DNA of 64,000 nucleotides from Paramecium tetraurelia (lineage: Eukaryota), in contig CT868374.1 in the NCBI GenBank assembly GCA_000165425.1, positions 186,001 through 250,000 of the forward strand. The letters run 5' to 3'. The stretch's first letter is position 1. Every line of letters starts with the position of its first letter. Positions 1 through 13,436 of this stretch are shown piece by piece. A model generated the notes under the pieces. It was not told the DNA's origin. It worked only from the letters and a program-made list of their open reading frames with translations, and made no database searches. A program made the position numbers and the translations under genes.

Positions 1-909
1 TTTTGTTAAGATGCAATCAAGTAGATATTGAATTTTAAATAATTTATAGCTATTTGCATTATTAATATTAAATTCATTCAAATGAGGTGGCTTCTTTCTT
101 TTTTGTTAATTACATTCCTTTCTTTGGAGCTTATTTCACATTTGATTATTTTTGCAATACTTAAGATGGAGTGCTTAAAATTTCACTTATTATTTCAGAT
201 TTAGGTGCAGGATTTACCTTTTCTAAATTCAATACTATTTACATACCTTCATTTTATGGTAATTTGAATGCATTATCAATAGCTTTGGATTACTTTTAAG
301 TCTTTCTCTAGGCTAATTCTTCTTATCTCTTTCTTTCCATTTCCATCTAATGTTTTTTAGCCTATTCTTTTGCTTCATTTTCCTAAATAATATTTAGAAA
401 TTTAATACTCTTGCTCTGGTTAACATCATATGAATCTTCTCTTCTGAACTTTCCATCTCCAAGGCTGTCTACACTTAACTTGTTGTTGTGCTTTCTCTCA
501 ATCCAGCAGATATTATATCATCAATGGCTAAAAGTATTTCAAAACTATTCTTTTTTATTGACTCTTCGCTAACTATGTTTAAGTATTAATAATACCTTAT
601 TAACAGATGTCAGAAAGAACATTCTTCAAAATTCTTAATACTTCTAAATCCTCGATAATATTGCTATTTTTTGATGTAATCAGAACGATGTAAATGTTAT
701 CAATGGGAGTATAAATATATCTTAAATTCTCATGATCGATGAATGTATGCTATTGAGTTGGAGAAATCAATTTAGGAAAATTACGAACTTGCTAAATATA
801 TTTTCAAGTTTCTTACTTCCTTTAATTCATTTGTTGTAATTCCTTAAAATTGTCTTCCTATAAACAGGATTCCATTCTTATCACATATTGCAGCTGAGAT
901 AATTACCAT
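1..909 (-). CDS. ARCN1: Coatomer subunit delta (delta-COP); 3' end runs off the window
   Basis: Ciliate-code translation MVIISAAICDKNGILFIGRQF...FPKLISPTQQHTFIDHENLRYIYTPIDNIYIVLITSKNSNIIEDLEVLR...FEILLAIDDIISAGLRE...LEMESSEEKI matches the delta-COP longin region; at least three short GT-AG introns. Confidence 0.93.
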
Positions 910-1427
910 CTTACGTGTATTAATTAAATAAATTATTATATAAATTATTTATTTTATTATTCTTGGTGATTCTTCATATGCAACCCAAAAGTGATATGTA
1001 ATTTATTTGTGCACACATAAATATATTCGATAAATAGGATTTATATGATTCACAAATTAAAAATGGATTGATATTAATTTCACTACCTAGGGATTAGAAA
1101 ATATATCATATTGTTTGATAGTATTTTTACAAAATCTTAACAAATATCCTTAAATAAGGTTGTTTTTATTATACAATTAAAATTATTAAATTGTTTATAA
1201 TAAAAATATTTATAATCTCAAAACTAAAAAAAACATAAAATTGAATAGTTAATGTGATTTTAATGGCTTCAGTCAACTTTTTTTATTAAATTTTAATTGA
1301 ATAGTAAGTGAACTCCTCTAATTTATATGGATTGTTAGTTTGCTCAGTTGAAAATGAGACAATTGTGAGATTATATTAATGTATAAAAACGGTATTTAAA
1401 TAAATATTTTTATTATTGAACAAAAGA

Positions 1428-2731
1428 ATGAAAAGTATTTCAGGAATATTAGTCATTTTGCTTTTAAGTCAGAGTGTTTTTTGTAGTCCAAAGAAGATCA
1501 ATACAGATTTTTTGAATTTACTTAGTTCTAAAACGAATGTTATGAGTTCATAAGATGCTATCCAATCAGTGCTTACATTGTTAGAAGATCTTTAAGGAGC
1601 AAATGTTGAAGCTTCAAGACAAGGCTGACCTCACATTTTAAAGATTTGAACAAGCCATTTTGTAAGATATCAATGAGTTGTCAGGAATTGTGAATGTGAA
1701 TTCCAAGAGTGCAGCAGCTGCTCAATAAGATTTGGAAGCTGTCGAGTATTTATTTATCATTGAACATAAAGCCTCAAAATCTAATAAACCACAGACTACT
1801 TGAATTGGAATAACAAGCGATTCAAGGCAAATGAAGTTAAGCTTGAAAACTTAGCTGAATAAAGATGTGAAGCCAATGCCTTGTTCATCGACACATTGAG
1901 AGAGTACAAGAATGCGCTTTCTGTCCTTGATTGGGTAAGAAGTGATGCACAAAGCAAATAAAGTACATTAATAGAGAAGAGTCACATTGGAGATTATGCA
2001 GAAAAATTGAGCAAGTATGCTAATCTATTTGAGGAGCAAGCAGTCCAAGATTTTGTGAAACTAGGTGAGGAGGAAGTTTCATTTGCATAGACAAGTACAA
2101 AACATAAAAGATTATTTAAATTAGGATAGCATGGAAACGGCGAATAATTAGCATCATTAGTGGAAAAGGATGTTGTCGGAATTATTCAATAGTTAATTGA
2201 GAAATTGAGAGAAACCATCAAAAGTCTTGAAGAATAAGAAATATAATCAGCCAACGATTTCGCCGACTTTAAGACTAACTTATTGGCTGAATAAGAATCT
2301 CTCAAGTAAGAGTACGATGCCAAAGCCAAATTCTTGAACTCCTTACAAAACGATAAAGAATTAGCTTCAGACATCTTAACCAAAAAGAAGGAACTTTAAG
2401 ATTAAAGCATGAGAATCTTGAGTTTGACTTAAGGTATTTTACAATCTTATTAATTATAGAGGAATACAACTACAAGAAGAAATTATACAACTCCGAAAAA
2501 GACAAAAGACACGAGGAAAACTAGTTATTAGAAGAATCACTTCTAATTTACAGGGAAAAGATCGCTACAGTTAATGAATACTTGAAAAAGAGAGTAAATG
2601 AGTATGTTGGAGAATCCCTCATTGAAGAACATGCTGTCAGCAATCAAGCTCCAGTACAAAATAGAAAGGGGAAAATAATGATAAAAACACACACATTAAA
2701 ATTATAATCATTCTAAAGGCTGCTTCGTTGA
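1428..2731 (+). CDS. Trichocyst matrix / granule lattice-type secretory protein with an apparent +1 frameshift at about 1614
   Basis: Signal peptide MKSISGILVILLLSQSVFC then acidic coiled coil (DAIQSVLTLLEDLQ...QRCEANALFIDTLREYKNALSVLDW...LEEQEIQSANDFADFKTNL); three tiny introns. First frame hits TGA at 1626; the 3' end is either 2681 (needs another indel) or 2731. Confidence 0.72.
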
Positions 2732-3744
2732 TTGCTTAAATTTCTCATAATCCATTTTATAATTAGATTGAAACTTCTAGTCTGGCATATAAATTGATGG
2801 AAAACTTGCCACATCTCCCTATTCAAATGGGTTCACTGGTTCTTATGCTCCTTGAGAAAAATAAGATTAAACGATCTAAGATTGGGCCAATTAATCTTCA
2901 TAAGGACTTTTATTGTTTTATTCAAATGGATTCCAATCTTATCCCTGAGCTGGTATATCTTTAATGCTAATGTTTTCATCCGACTTGCATTCTTAGTGAC
3001 TCAAATCGTTTTATTCTTTTTATTTTGTGTCATTAATATCAATTTATTATTTTTAATTATCACATCCGAATTTAGCTTTGAAGTCTTCATGTTTTATGAA
3101 TTTTTTATAAGCCTGATAATATATTTCTGTTTCATTTTATATATAACTATTTAATACGCTTTATTAAACATATTTCGTTTGTTGTTCAAAATCTGATCCA
3201 TTTTCTGAATTATCTGATTACTGATCCCTTAAAATTATGTATTCGCATTATTATACTTCTTCTCATTCTAAGAATATTTAATAAAGATTACTCTTTGAAA
3301 CCTTTATTAATCTTTAGAATTTTTCAGTTCATCCACTTTTAGTCTATAGTGATCATATACTAATCTATTCTCTTAATATTTGTCAAGCATCTATCTTAAT
3401 TATTCAATTGTATCAAACCATTCTTAAAAACTATCGTTAGCCTTGTGAATACTCTCAATTTTCGATGAGTGCAACAAAGACAAAGAATCAAATGTTTTTG
3501 CTAATAATATACCTTCTTATGACTTTTCTAATTCATCAAGTTTTTTGAGGACTTGACTTAACAATCCATACAACAATTGCATTTCTTTTGTTAATTTGAT
3601 ATTATTGTACATTAATGTTAAAATACAATTCCTTAGATAGCTCTACCTGCTAATCTGATATATTAATCTGCTTCATTTATTTACTTTTTCTTATCTTCCA
3701 ATTATATGTTTGATGTTTTGGATGTTCCCCAAAACTCCTTCCAT
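2708..3744 (-). CDS. Hypothetical coiled-coil protein
   Basis: ATG at 3744 (MEGVLGNIQNIKHIIGRQ...) to TGA at 2708 after MDYEKFKQSTKQPLE; Q/K/E-rich; internal intron structure not fully traced. Confidence 0.65.
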
Positions 3745-3817
3745 CTTTGACCTGCTAGAGATAAAGCACTTGACATATATAAATATAAATATTATTGTAC
3801 TATGTTTATTAATGATA

Positions 3818-4263
3818 TCAATAGAAGAAACCAAGGATTTTGCCTCCAATGTGTCTTTGTCTAGCTTCTTCATGGGTTAAGATTCCTACATTAGTGGTGA
3901 GCACAACACAACCAAATTGTCTGGCTGGGAGAATGTTATTGGCCCATCTTTCGAATTCTCCTAAAGTAACATCATATCTGGGTGAGATCACACCGCATTT
4001 ATTGATGCGTCCTAACATTTTGTGTCATTTATTACCCAATAATTCAACAACAATCTTGCCACTTCTATGATCATCAACAATTTCGAATTCACCAATGTAC
4101 CCGTGTCTTTGCATAACTTATAAGAACTTCACAACCAATTTTGATGTAGGTCTGATCAACACTTGCTTTCTTCCTTATCTTAAATATGTTAGGACAACAA
4201 CTACAACCTTTCAGCATTCACAATAGAACGGAGGCAATCATTCAAGACATTCATTTTCACCAT
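3818..4263 (-). CDS. RPS15A: 40S ribosomal protein S15a (uS8)
   Basis: [32 protein letters not shown]...[36 protein letters not shown]...GGKILGFFY*; two tiny introns. Confidence 0.98.
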
Positions 4264-5117
4264 TCGTCAATAAATTTTTTTTTTTTAATTTTTTTAAATC
4301 TTATTTTAATATGATTATATGTACAATACACCACACTCTTTTGAAAGTACTTTCTTTCCAATGAGTCTAGTTTTGATACTATACTTCACATTTCACCTTT
4401 ATGTTATTTATTCTTCATTTCCTTTTCCATTTTCTAATAAATTACATTGCTGAAATTAAGATGTAATTATATATAATACACTAACTAACCTATCTGATTC
4501 TTGGGATATTTAAAAATTGAGATAACCATTTCCTATTTGTGAATGATATCAAAGATTAGTGATTTATTCTTACTTTTTAATTGTATATGAGCTAATATTC
4601 CTATAAATCAATAATATTTTACTTACTTGAAAATCTATTAAATCATTTATAGTACTTTGATAAGTATTATTCAATCAAAATCTGATATTGATTTTATTTT
4701 AGGATAGGATAATATGAAGATTTAAGTTATAAAAATTAGGAGTTTATACCTTCAATTTCAGAAATGCATAAGTATAATAATATTATCATAATGAATGAAT
4801 TAATAAACTATATTTAGAATATTTTGATTGATTCTTTCGAAACTTATCATAAATAGATTTCTCAAAATCACTCGAAATAATAATACATAGGGTATTAAAC
4901 TACTTTAAGAAAGTTATCAAACTAGTTCATTTTTACATAGACAATCAAATAACTGCAGCTAATACTATGAATACATGTATGAAGTCTCTCTAGGAGTAAG
5001 AGTTGATGCTTATTTAAAATATAGGTATAAAGTGATAACAATCTGTTATAATCTTAGAAAATAATCAGGTATTAATCAACTTTCATGCAATGTTTTTAAT
5101 ATTACAAATTTTATTTA

Positions 5118-5842
5118 ATGAAAAAATCAAATGGATTGCTACAATTAAAAAAAGTTTCAATGAATCACAATCAAGTAAACTAAGATTCAGAGTTTCTTTG
5201 GGATATTGAAAGAACAACAAGTTATGAAAGCAGCCAATTCAGAAGATCGTTCGATATTACATCGTATAGAAGAACCTCTACTTCTTCCAAAGGGGATAAT
5301 TCATTCAGTCCTAATTTGTAGAGAAGAAATTCTTTTGTTACGTTCGAATCTAATGATCCATCTTTGTCTATCAGTTAAATTAAAAATATTAAAGAGTAAT
5401 TCAACATAATATGCTTAGTCCAACAAAACATATCTATATGAGTGAACTATAACTTAAAATATGGAAAAGTCTATCAAAATGTTCCAATTCATAATTAGTA
5501 CGTTATATATTTTATTTAGGAATCAGCATTTATAATTGATATAATAGTGATATGTTAGGGGCAAGAATACGAATTCAAATTCGATTTTTCCAAGTTATCT
5601 TGCTTCATGACTATTTAAGAACTAAGCGAGTAGATTCATTTGATATTTTTTGAGTAAAGAAGTTAGAGTACAATAATATAAATAATTAGACAGAACTTTT
5701 AGATCCATAATTACATATTTTGATTGGAATAATTAAAACATAAAGGCTTGATGGACAGATCAGATTGTTTGAACTGTTGAATTTACTTCTAAATGGGAAA
5801 AAAACCTTAATCCTTCAATAAAGTGTTAATCATTAATAATGA
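5118..5842 (+). CDS. Hypothetical protein
   Basis: MKKSNGLLQLKKVSMNH... stays open to TGA 5840-5842 after removing three short GT-AG introns. Confidence 0.65.
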
Positions 5843-6465
5843 TTTTTACTATTTTATATTTAATTTTGAATAACAACCATAATATAAATCCCTCATATAA
5901 AATCATAATATTTACTTTTAAATAATCCACTTTTTAACCAAAATGTTATGTTTAATTATTTGATTCTATTATTTTGATCAATTGTGTACATTTTTTATGA
6001 ATTTTAATATTATTTAAAGTTGCATCAATGATAAAGATAGCAAGATGGCTGAATTCTATAAACCAGAATAATTTATGTCAAGGGAAAGACTCATAAAAAT
6101 AACTAAAATTATCCTTAGAATCATTATAATATAAGATTTACCCCTAAAATTTGGTAATAAATAAAATTAAAAATAAATTGATCATATCCATAAACAATTG
6201 TATTATGAAATATGATGGAATAATTTTTCTTATTTTAGAACTTATCATAAAACTGATGTATCTGATTGATTATCGCTTAATTGATCTTTAGGCAAATTGG
6301 CAGACTTAATTTAAATGAGTAAATTAATATTATACTATGTTGTATTCTTTTGTACTTAACTATACCATATCCTGTATATACACTCGTCAGAAATCTAAAT
6401 TCTACAAATAAAGTTGGAAATTTTGAGTTATCTATTTAATAAACTTAAATAATTTGAATTTACTC

Positions 6466-8106
6466 ATGTCTGATTAATTCGACTAGTTACAAGAGGGCAT
6501 TATTCAAAATGATGTACCTGAAAATAAGGACCAAGAGCTATTCGATTAAATGGCCTCCAGAGAATACAATGATAAAAAACACAATTTCTAAGTTGAAGAA
6601 GATGATGGAGAAACTTAAGATCAACCTGTTAGTGCTATATAGGAAGTCGTGAAGCCAGAAGAGAAATAAAAGAACGTATCTTAGATTACAACCCAAAATA
6701 GTCCTTTTCGATTAAGAAAGCTGAAACAAAGAGAATAGTACATTAGGCAGCATTAGAAAGAAAGACAGAAGCCTTCGAATAAACAAAGAGTTTTGAACTT
6801 CATAGATCAATATAAATCCTATCGCATAGACAATTGGTGGATTCTGTTTGGGCAAGATTGCAGAAGGTTGTAGGTTCATCCGATGAGACTATGAAATTTT
6901 TAGTTTCATTTATGAGATAAAGGATTGAATAAGAAGAATTGCAATTAAAATATTCCTAAACAGCTTCACTGAACAAGCTATTTAAGGATTTTGGTATCAC
7001 TCTAATAATGTTTTAGATGGAAGGATTATGCAATGCAACTATCCAGAATTTTCTAAGGCAGTGAGAACAATGGATTCTGCTATGGAAAGACAAACAGATT
7101 AAATTAAAATATTTATCACATGGATGCAAAACCAAACAAGAGAAAGATTAGAATAAGAAATGAACAATTTTACAAGTCAAAATAGAGGTATGAATATCCT
7201 TAAATTAAAAGAATTGGTCAATTCATATAATAGATACAAGAAAACTTTAATGGATTTAGATAAGGATGTTGTCAAATACTATAGTAAATATGATAAAATG
7301 TACTAAAATATTACGATTAAAGGAAAAAAACCATAAAAGGACTTTTTGAGAGCTGAATTAAAGTATAAATAGGTAATTTCATGTATATGATTATGTGTAG
7401 GCTGCTTCTAAAGTGATAGTATTTTAAAGAGAGTTTGGAACTTGGCTGTTAAACAGTTGGAATGAAATAAAATAATTAGAGACTTAAAGATTAGATTTGG
7501 TCACTCACACCTTAATAGAGTTTTAAAATTAAGTGATGAATGTATATGGTAAAATTCCTTAACATGATTCCATAATTGGAGCATTGAATGCAGTTAAGAT
7601 TCAATAGGAAGTGCAGAATTTATATTCATATGATTTCGTATTGACAAAATAGGAATTAGAATTTATCTCAACTGAATAACAATAGGAATTAATAAAATAC
7701 TTTCAAAATTTTTAAGTAAAATTATAGAGATATATGTGAATAGGTGATAGATAAATATGCTGATCAATCTCATCCTTTAATTCTAAAGCAATTTTCTGCT
7801 TAAAGAGATGTTGGAACTATTGGTAAGACTTGGATCGATACTGGAATTATCATCACAGTCGATCACTACTTTCTCACCTTTGATGGCAAGCCAACTAGGT
7901 TTTCGAAACCTGAAAATAAGTATCCTCTTGATGGAATGAAAATGACTACTAGGAATGCTTTAGAGTTAGAGATTTAATTTGTAATCCCTGGGTTAGTGAT
8001 GGATTCAAAGAAGAAGTTACTAATTCAATTCAAGACATCTGATGAATTGGAGGAAATTATGTATTTTCTAGAAACAGTTGGGCAAAATAAATTTGCTTTA
8101 AATTGA
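6466..8106 (+). CDS. Putative F-BAR/FCH-like coiled-coil protein with C-terminal PH-like domain
   Basis: Acidic N-terminus; FCH-like segment FLVSFMRQRIEQEELQLKYSQ; long helical region; C-terminal beta-rich segment RDVGTIGKTWIDTGIIITVDHYFLTFD...LLIQFKTSDELEEIMYFL. Confidence 0.6.
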
Positions 8107-8151
8107 AATATGTCAACCATGATATAATATGAATTGTTATAAAATAATAAA

Positions 8152-9587
8152 ATGAAATCAAAAAGCTACGTTTAATCAGATGAAGATGTAGATACTCTGG
8201 GTTCCTATACATCTATGACTTATGATGATAAAACTATGGAAGTTGTGCAGTACAGATAAGAGAACTTCTTTCAATTCGGATCTTCCATAATGGCAGTAAT
8301 TTACATGGCGAATACTATGCTGATTCCTAATATGAACTAACTGTTTATTGATGTTTCTTTTGATAATCCTTTACTAATGGTTGTTTCAGTGATCATGTAT
8401 TGGTTGCTATCATTTTTAATTTTGATACCATGTTATTTGGTGATCAAAATATGCAAACAAGAAGGTAACCCCATATATGCCTATATAATCAAACAGGATT
8501 CAATAAAAATCTACAATGTATTCATCTATAGTAATTTAATATTAAATACACTTGGATTATTTAATATAATTGTTAGATTGGGAGACAGTTTGCCTAAAGT
8601 TAATCGATGGTTTTACATTGAGTTCCATCACTTAATGGCATCAGAACAAGCTGAACTGTTCTTCCCCACAATAATTTGTTATACAGCAGTTGTGCTAACA
8701 TTATTTTATGGATTTTATAAATGTTCTTACTTTGAACAATACTATGACATTCAATATAGGCTCATTATATCATTTGTAGGAAAAATAATATTGAATACCG
8801 TAATCTTCTTATTGATATACTACGAAGTACCTGATGCAAGTCAAGAATACATATCGATGGATGAAAAGTATTTACCTTCATATTATAATGTAGTTTATTT
8901 GATTCCGATTTTTCGAGTGGTGCAACATAATGGATCACCTATTGCTTTAACTAAATTTGCTGTATTTCATATCCCTTCTTTGAAGTGTTCTATCTTAAAA
9001 GAGAAACCAAAAAGGGATACAGTAAGGTACAACAATGCTATTGGATATAATTATTGTTGAGATCTCTGATATTTTTTTATTAGATCACTACCTGGGGAAT
9101 CATCATCAGATAAGAGAAAATGAAGTATTACTACTAGCCATTGCTTTAATCCTTAAATTCACTGATGATTTTTCTCATTTCCATGTCCATAACATCAATT
9201 TATTCACATAATTACACATTGAATAAAGAAATATAAGAAGACAACATTCAAACAGCAACTGAAGATGATAATAAGAAATAAATTAAGGAAATCTATTTGA
9301 TAGCAGCTGGACTCTTCGTGATCGAGATATCCATTTGCATCATTTGCAGATTTTTTATTACAGGTATAGAAGTTCCTCAGATTAAATCATTTATTTTTTC
9401 ACTCTCATATAGTGCTTAAACAATTTGCTTTGGTTTTTCATGCATCAGTGTACCAGTATATTTGTGGATTAAGAACTTTAACCCTAAGTCAAATATATAT
9501 AGTGGGATGGCCTACTCTGCTATCATAATATATATGATTGTTTTTGTTGGAATCAGCAGCGAACCATTCTTTTCATTAAAATCATGA
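8152..9587 (+). CDS. Multi-pass membrane protein, transporter-like, family not identified
   Basis: MKSKSYVQSDEDVD... followed by many hydrophobic segments (includes track ORF 8377-9060); an intron near 9020-9080; TGA at 9585-9587. Confidence 0.7.
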
Positions 9588-9667
9588 GCAAACGCATTCA
9601 ATAAATTAAATCAACTTATGCTATAATAATTATAAACTATATTTTAATTATTATATAAAAATTAGTA

Positions 9668-10619
9668 ATGAAATCCCATAGATCATCATAAAGTGAATTT
9701 ATGCTTGAGGATTATATTTTTAAATTGCTATTTATTTTTACAGTCACAAGAGATTATGATATCTGATCTGAATTGGCTGGCTATGCATTAAGAAAATTGT
9801 TTAAGCATTATTAAATATTTGACCTCTTGGCGACTTAGTTGAAAATTGAAGGAGTTTGATAGGGATTTAGAATAGAAAGCATTAAATGAAACACAGAAAA
9901 TAAATGTAAAATGTGCTATTGAGTTTAAGGAATCTAAAATTGAGATTTGTTTTAATATATTTGAGTGGATTGATGCTGATGGTTTTAGAGAAAATAGGAT
10001 GTATAGAGAAAATTTGAAAAAAGAGATAAAGTATTGGCAGCATCAATCTAAAATATTACAGAAATATAATAAAACATGTAAACTAATTAGACTGAATTAA
10101 GAAAGGAATACGATTAAAATACTCGAATGAGAGTATTTGAGTTTGCTTTAAAAGTTATCAAAGTCTAAAATGAAAATTTTAAGAAAATAATTAGTACTGA
10201 ATTATGGGTATTTAAGCACTTAAGGAGAATCTAATAACAAAGATAGTAATATCAGAAAAAATAATGATTTAAGAAAAAACCCAAAAGAAAACTGATGATA
10301 AAAAGAAAATATATAGATGAAAAGTAATAAGAATTAAAAGTAAAAATAGAAAAAAACTATAAGAATAAAAAAATATTATGTTTGTTAGATAATTAAATAG
10401 AATATTTGAAAAAGAAGAAGAACTAGAAAAATAAGATAGATAAAGAAAGGTACTTTTTAATTCAAATTATTCTAGGAATTACAAGAATAAATTGCTAAAA
10501 AACTTAGAGAACTTCAATAATAGAGTATAGAGAAGGTCATTAAACTAATTTAGAGCAAACTAATCGAAAGAAAAGAGTGATATGGTTCATGTGGTAAAAA
10601 GAAGAAACCAAAGAAATGA
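9668..10619 (+). pseudogene. Decaying coiled-coil protein gene
   Basis: Coding-like frame (KLKEFDRDLEQKALNETQK...FEWIDADGFRENRMY) broken by in-frame TGA at 9840-9842 and a frameshift near 10085; first intron-like segment lacks a GT donor; further TGAs downstream. Confidence 0.6.
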
Positions 10620-10658
10620 CTATAAAAATTTAAATAAAATTAAATCTTAAATTAATTC

Positions 10659-11202
10659 ATGGGACGTATGTAAGCTAAGGGAAAGGGAAAGGGTATTTCC
10701 GGATCAGCCCTCCCATATAAGAGAAAGGCACCAAAGTGGTTGACTTTATCCTCAAAATCCATCCTTGATCAAATTGTTAATTTAGCAAAGAAAGGTTTTA
10801 ATTTATTCTTAAAATTTCCTTCAGGTCTCAATGCTTCATAAATTGGTGTTTACTTAAGAGATCAATAAGGCATTCCTTAAACCAGATTCTTAACTGGCCA
10901 AAAGATTTTGAGAATCCTTAAGAAGAGAGGTATTTATTATCACTATTTCAAAGGATGTGCTCCAAAAATTCCTGAAGACTTATATGCCTTGATTAAGAAG
11001 GCTGTTTAAATTAGAAAACATTTAGAAAAGAACAGAGGAGATGTGACAAGCAAATTCAGATTAATTTTGGTTGAAAGCAGAATTCATAGACTTAGTAGAT
11101 ATTACAGAAGAACCCAAAAATTACCATCCAACTGGAAATAGTACTTATAATATTTAATAATTAAGTGTTTCAAAGACTGCATCTGCCTTAATTGGTTAAT
11201 GA
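10659..11202 (+). CDS. RPS13: 40S ribosomal protein S13 (uS15)
   Basis: [28 protein letters not shown]...[25 protein letters not shown]...[18 protein letters not shown]; three tiny introns (first 10795-10824). Confidence 0.98.
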
Positions 11203-12444
11203 GTTAGAATATAAATACAATAATGCATATATCTTAATATTTATAAATACCTTATTTTAAAATTCACTTGTTAATAAATAATTTAATATTTTAATTGTTG
11301 TTGATAACATATTGTTTGACTAATTATTTTATAATAAATAATTTAATGAAAAATATAAGATTTTAACAATAATACTATTATTATGACAAATCTACAATTC
11401 AAGCACTTATTTAGATTTTAAATTTAAAGAACATTATTTAATAAATAAGTTGTAATAGAAAATATTGAAAATATTATATTTTATTGTGATCAAAAAATTT
11501 TTAACTATAATTTTCATTTTTTATGTATTTGTTCCCACCATGGTCCTTTTTAGAAAGTGTTTTTCCAATGTATGTTTTTTACATAAATTTGTTTTAAATA
11601 TCGACATCACTTGAGCCAAGAATGATAACACCATAATTTTTATAAAATTCTATTTCATTTTCAAAGATAATCAAACACCAAATTTGAAATGCACTTTCCA
11701 AGACTTAATCGTTTTTCAAATTAAGTTCTTGCCATTATTGGAAACAATATAAGTCAGCATATTAATAATAAATGTTTATGTATCTTTGTCATATATTGCA
11801 GTAGTTTAGATATATCTTTCATTTGATCCATGTCCCAATCCAGTAAGACTGAAACTACCAATATCTGTTAGTGTTAAAGCATTTCAAAATATTTTTGTGT
11901 TATCTGTTCCTAAATTGAGAATAGTTTTGGTGTAGAGTGAAAAGGGGACTTCAAATTTCATACAAAAAAAACTGCTGGATCGAAGCTGTAAATGGCGACT
12001 GATGTTGTAGTTACTATATTTGGATCAGATATAAATATATCAAAGGTGACTCCAAGTTTTTAATGCAAATTTCTGTTAGCCTGGAAGGAATGATATTTTA
12101 TTCTTAAATATATGTTGGTACAAAATCGCATAGGTTTTATCTATATTTCCAATTACGTCTACTTAGTTGCCTGTAATGCTGGAGAGATTCAGTAGGACTA
12201 GTAATTTATTGATTTATATTTTTATAAGCTTCACACTACTAATGCAATAGTTTGACTTTATATTCCAAGCTTATTAAATTATTAATAATTAATCAAAAAA
12301 ATTCCAATTTATGACCAAAAAATACATGCAAAATATAAAAAAATTCATATCATAATATTCTAAAATTCCAATATTTTTAATCCTTTATCTTCTATGTACA
12401 TATGTGAATATCATAATTAATTCATATAATTTAATTATATCATA

Positions 12445-13408
12445 TCATTTGACTTTGCTTTTTAGAGGATTGTAGATGTTCAGAATGCCATAGTTGTCTT
12501 TCAATTTTTATTAGTAATAATTATTTGAAGTTCCAAACAAATAATCCCAAAATACAAAGAATGAGCCGAAATTGCCATCATTATGACTATGATGATATGA
12601 GTGGAATTCAGAAAATGCTAAAAATGGTATATATTAGAAGATCTCCCAAGGAAAGGCATATCCTGAATGTGCTGACAATGTCTTATAAACTCTGATTCCT
12701 ATCCAAATCAACAATGTCACCAGATGCAATTTCTCACCCAGTAATCTTGGGCCGATGATGAATGGGAGTAGATTACTCAAAAGATATTCTATAGCAGTTG
12801 AATATTCTGCAGATATTGATATTGTCACCGAGTATTAGTGATGCTATTTATGATATTTATAAAGGGATGGGATATGCAATAAACGATGTGACCAATAAAA
12901 TCCTACATCTTCAATGATAATACAGAATAAAAATTATGGTATCATTTCCCATAAATCTGGAAGTGATTCACGATCAAACCTTCATAAGTCTTATATTTAC
13001 CTATATTTTACTCCAGCTATACCAAAAGTCATGGCTAATAATGTACCAATTATTAGGTTAATGGCGAAATTCTTGAAAGTCTCATTTCTCAATTGAATCC
13101 ATTCTTTTTTATCTGAATGCCAAGGCCAAGGTTTCTGAATGATAGTTGAATTGATATTTTACTTTCTCAATTTTGAATTGCTCGAAGAAGGGATGGTTCA
13201 AATAATAAATGATACCGTAGGATCCATTGACAATTATGTAGACAACAATATGCATTACTTGCAGACTTAAAATTTGAAACCAATATTCTAATGATTAGAG
13301 ATATGAGTTACTGCTCTCAATTTGTTCTGGCCAATAATATTTGAAAAGTTCAGGTACCAAAATAAAATAGGATGCAAATGTGGTTAATGCTATGATAAAG
13401 TATAACAT
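12445..13408 (-). CDS. Fatty acid hydroxylase superfamily sterol desaturase / C4-methyl sterol oxidase-like enzyme
   Basis: Histidine boxes FYWSHRLLH, HKQHH, SAHSGYAFPW, FHSYHH and NFGSFFVFWDYLFGT; two introns. Confidence 0.9.
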
Positions 13409-13436
13409 ATTTATTTTAATAATTGATTATCTCGGA
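13409..13436. promoter_or_regulatory. 28-nt spacer between divergent start codons (candidate bidirectional promoter)
   Basis: CAT at 13406-13408 and ATG at 13437-13439. Confidence 0.5.

Noticed and set aside
4600..5100. Possible short plus-strand gene from ATG 4791
   Set aside because: Frame breaks without clear introns and no recognisable motif
5390..5700. Apparent frameshifts in the 5118-5842 gene
   Set aside because: Resolved by ordinary tiny GT-AG introns
6028..6318. Open frame in the ciliate code
   Set aside because: With only one stop codon, frames of this length arise by chance in AT-rich DNA; no motif support
9838..9845. In-frame TGA as possible selenocysteine
   Set aside because: No redox motif context, and the gene has additional frameshifts and stops
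11510..12280. Minus-strand coding-like stretch with GVIILGSSD (pepsin-like motif)
   Set aside because: No consistent start-to-stop frame and no DTG motif; at best an unidentifiable remnant
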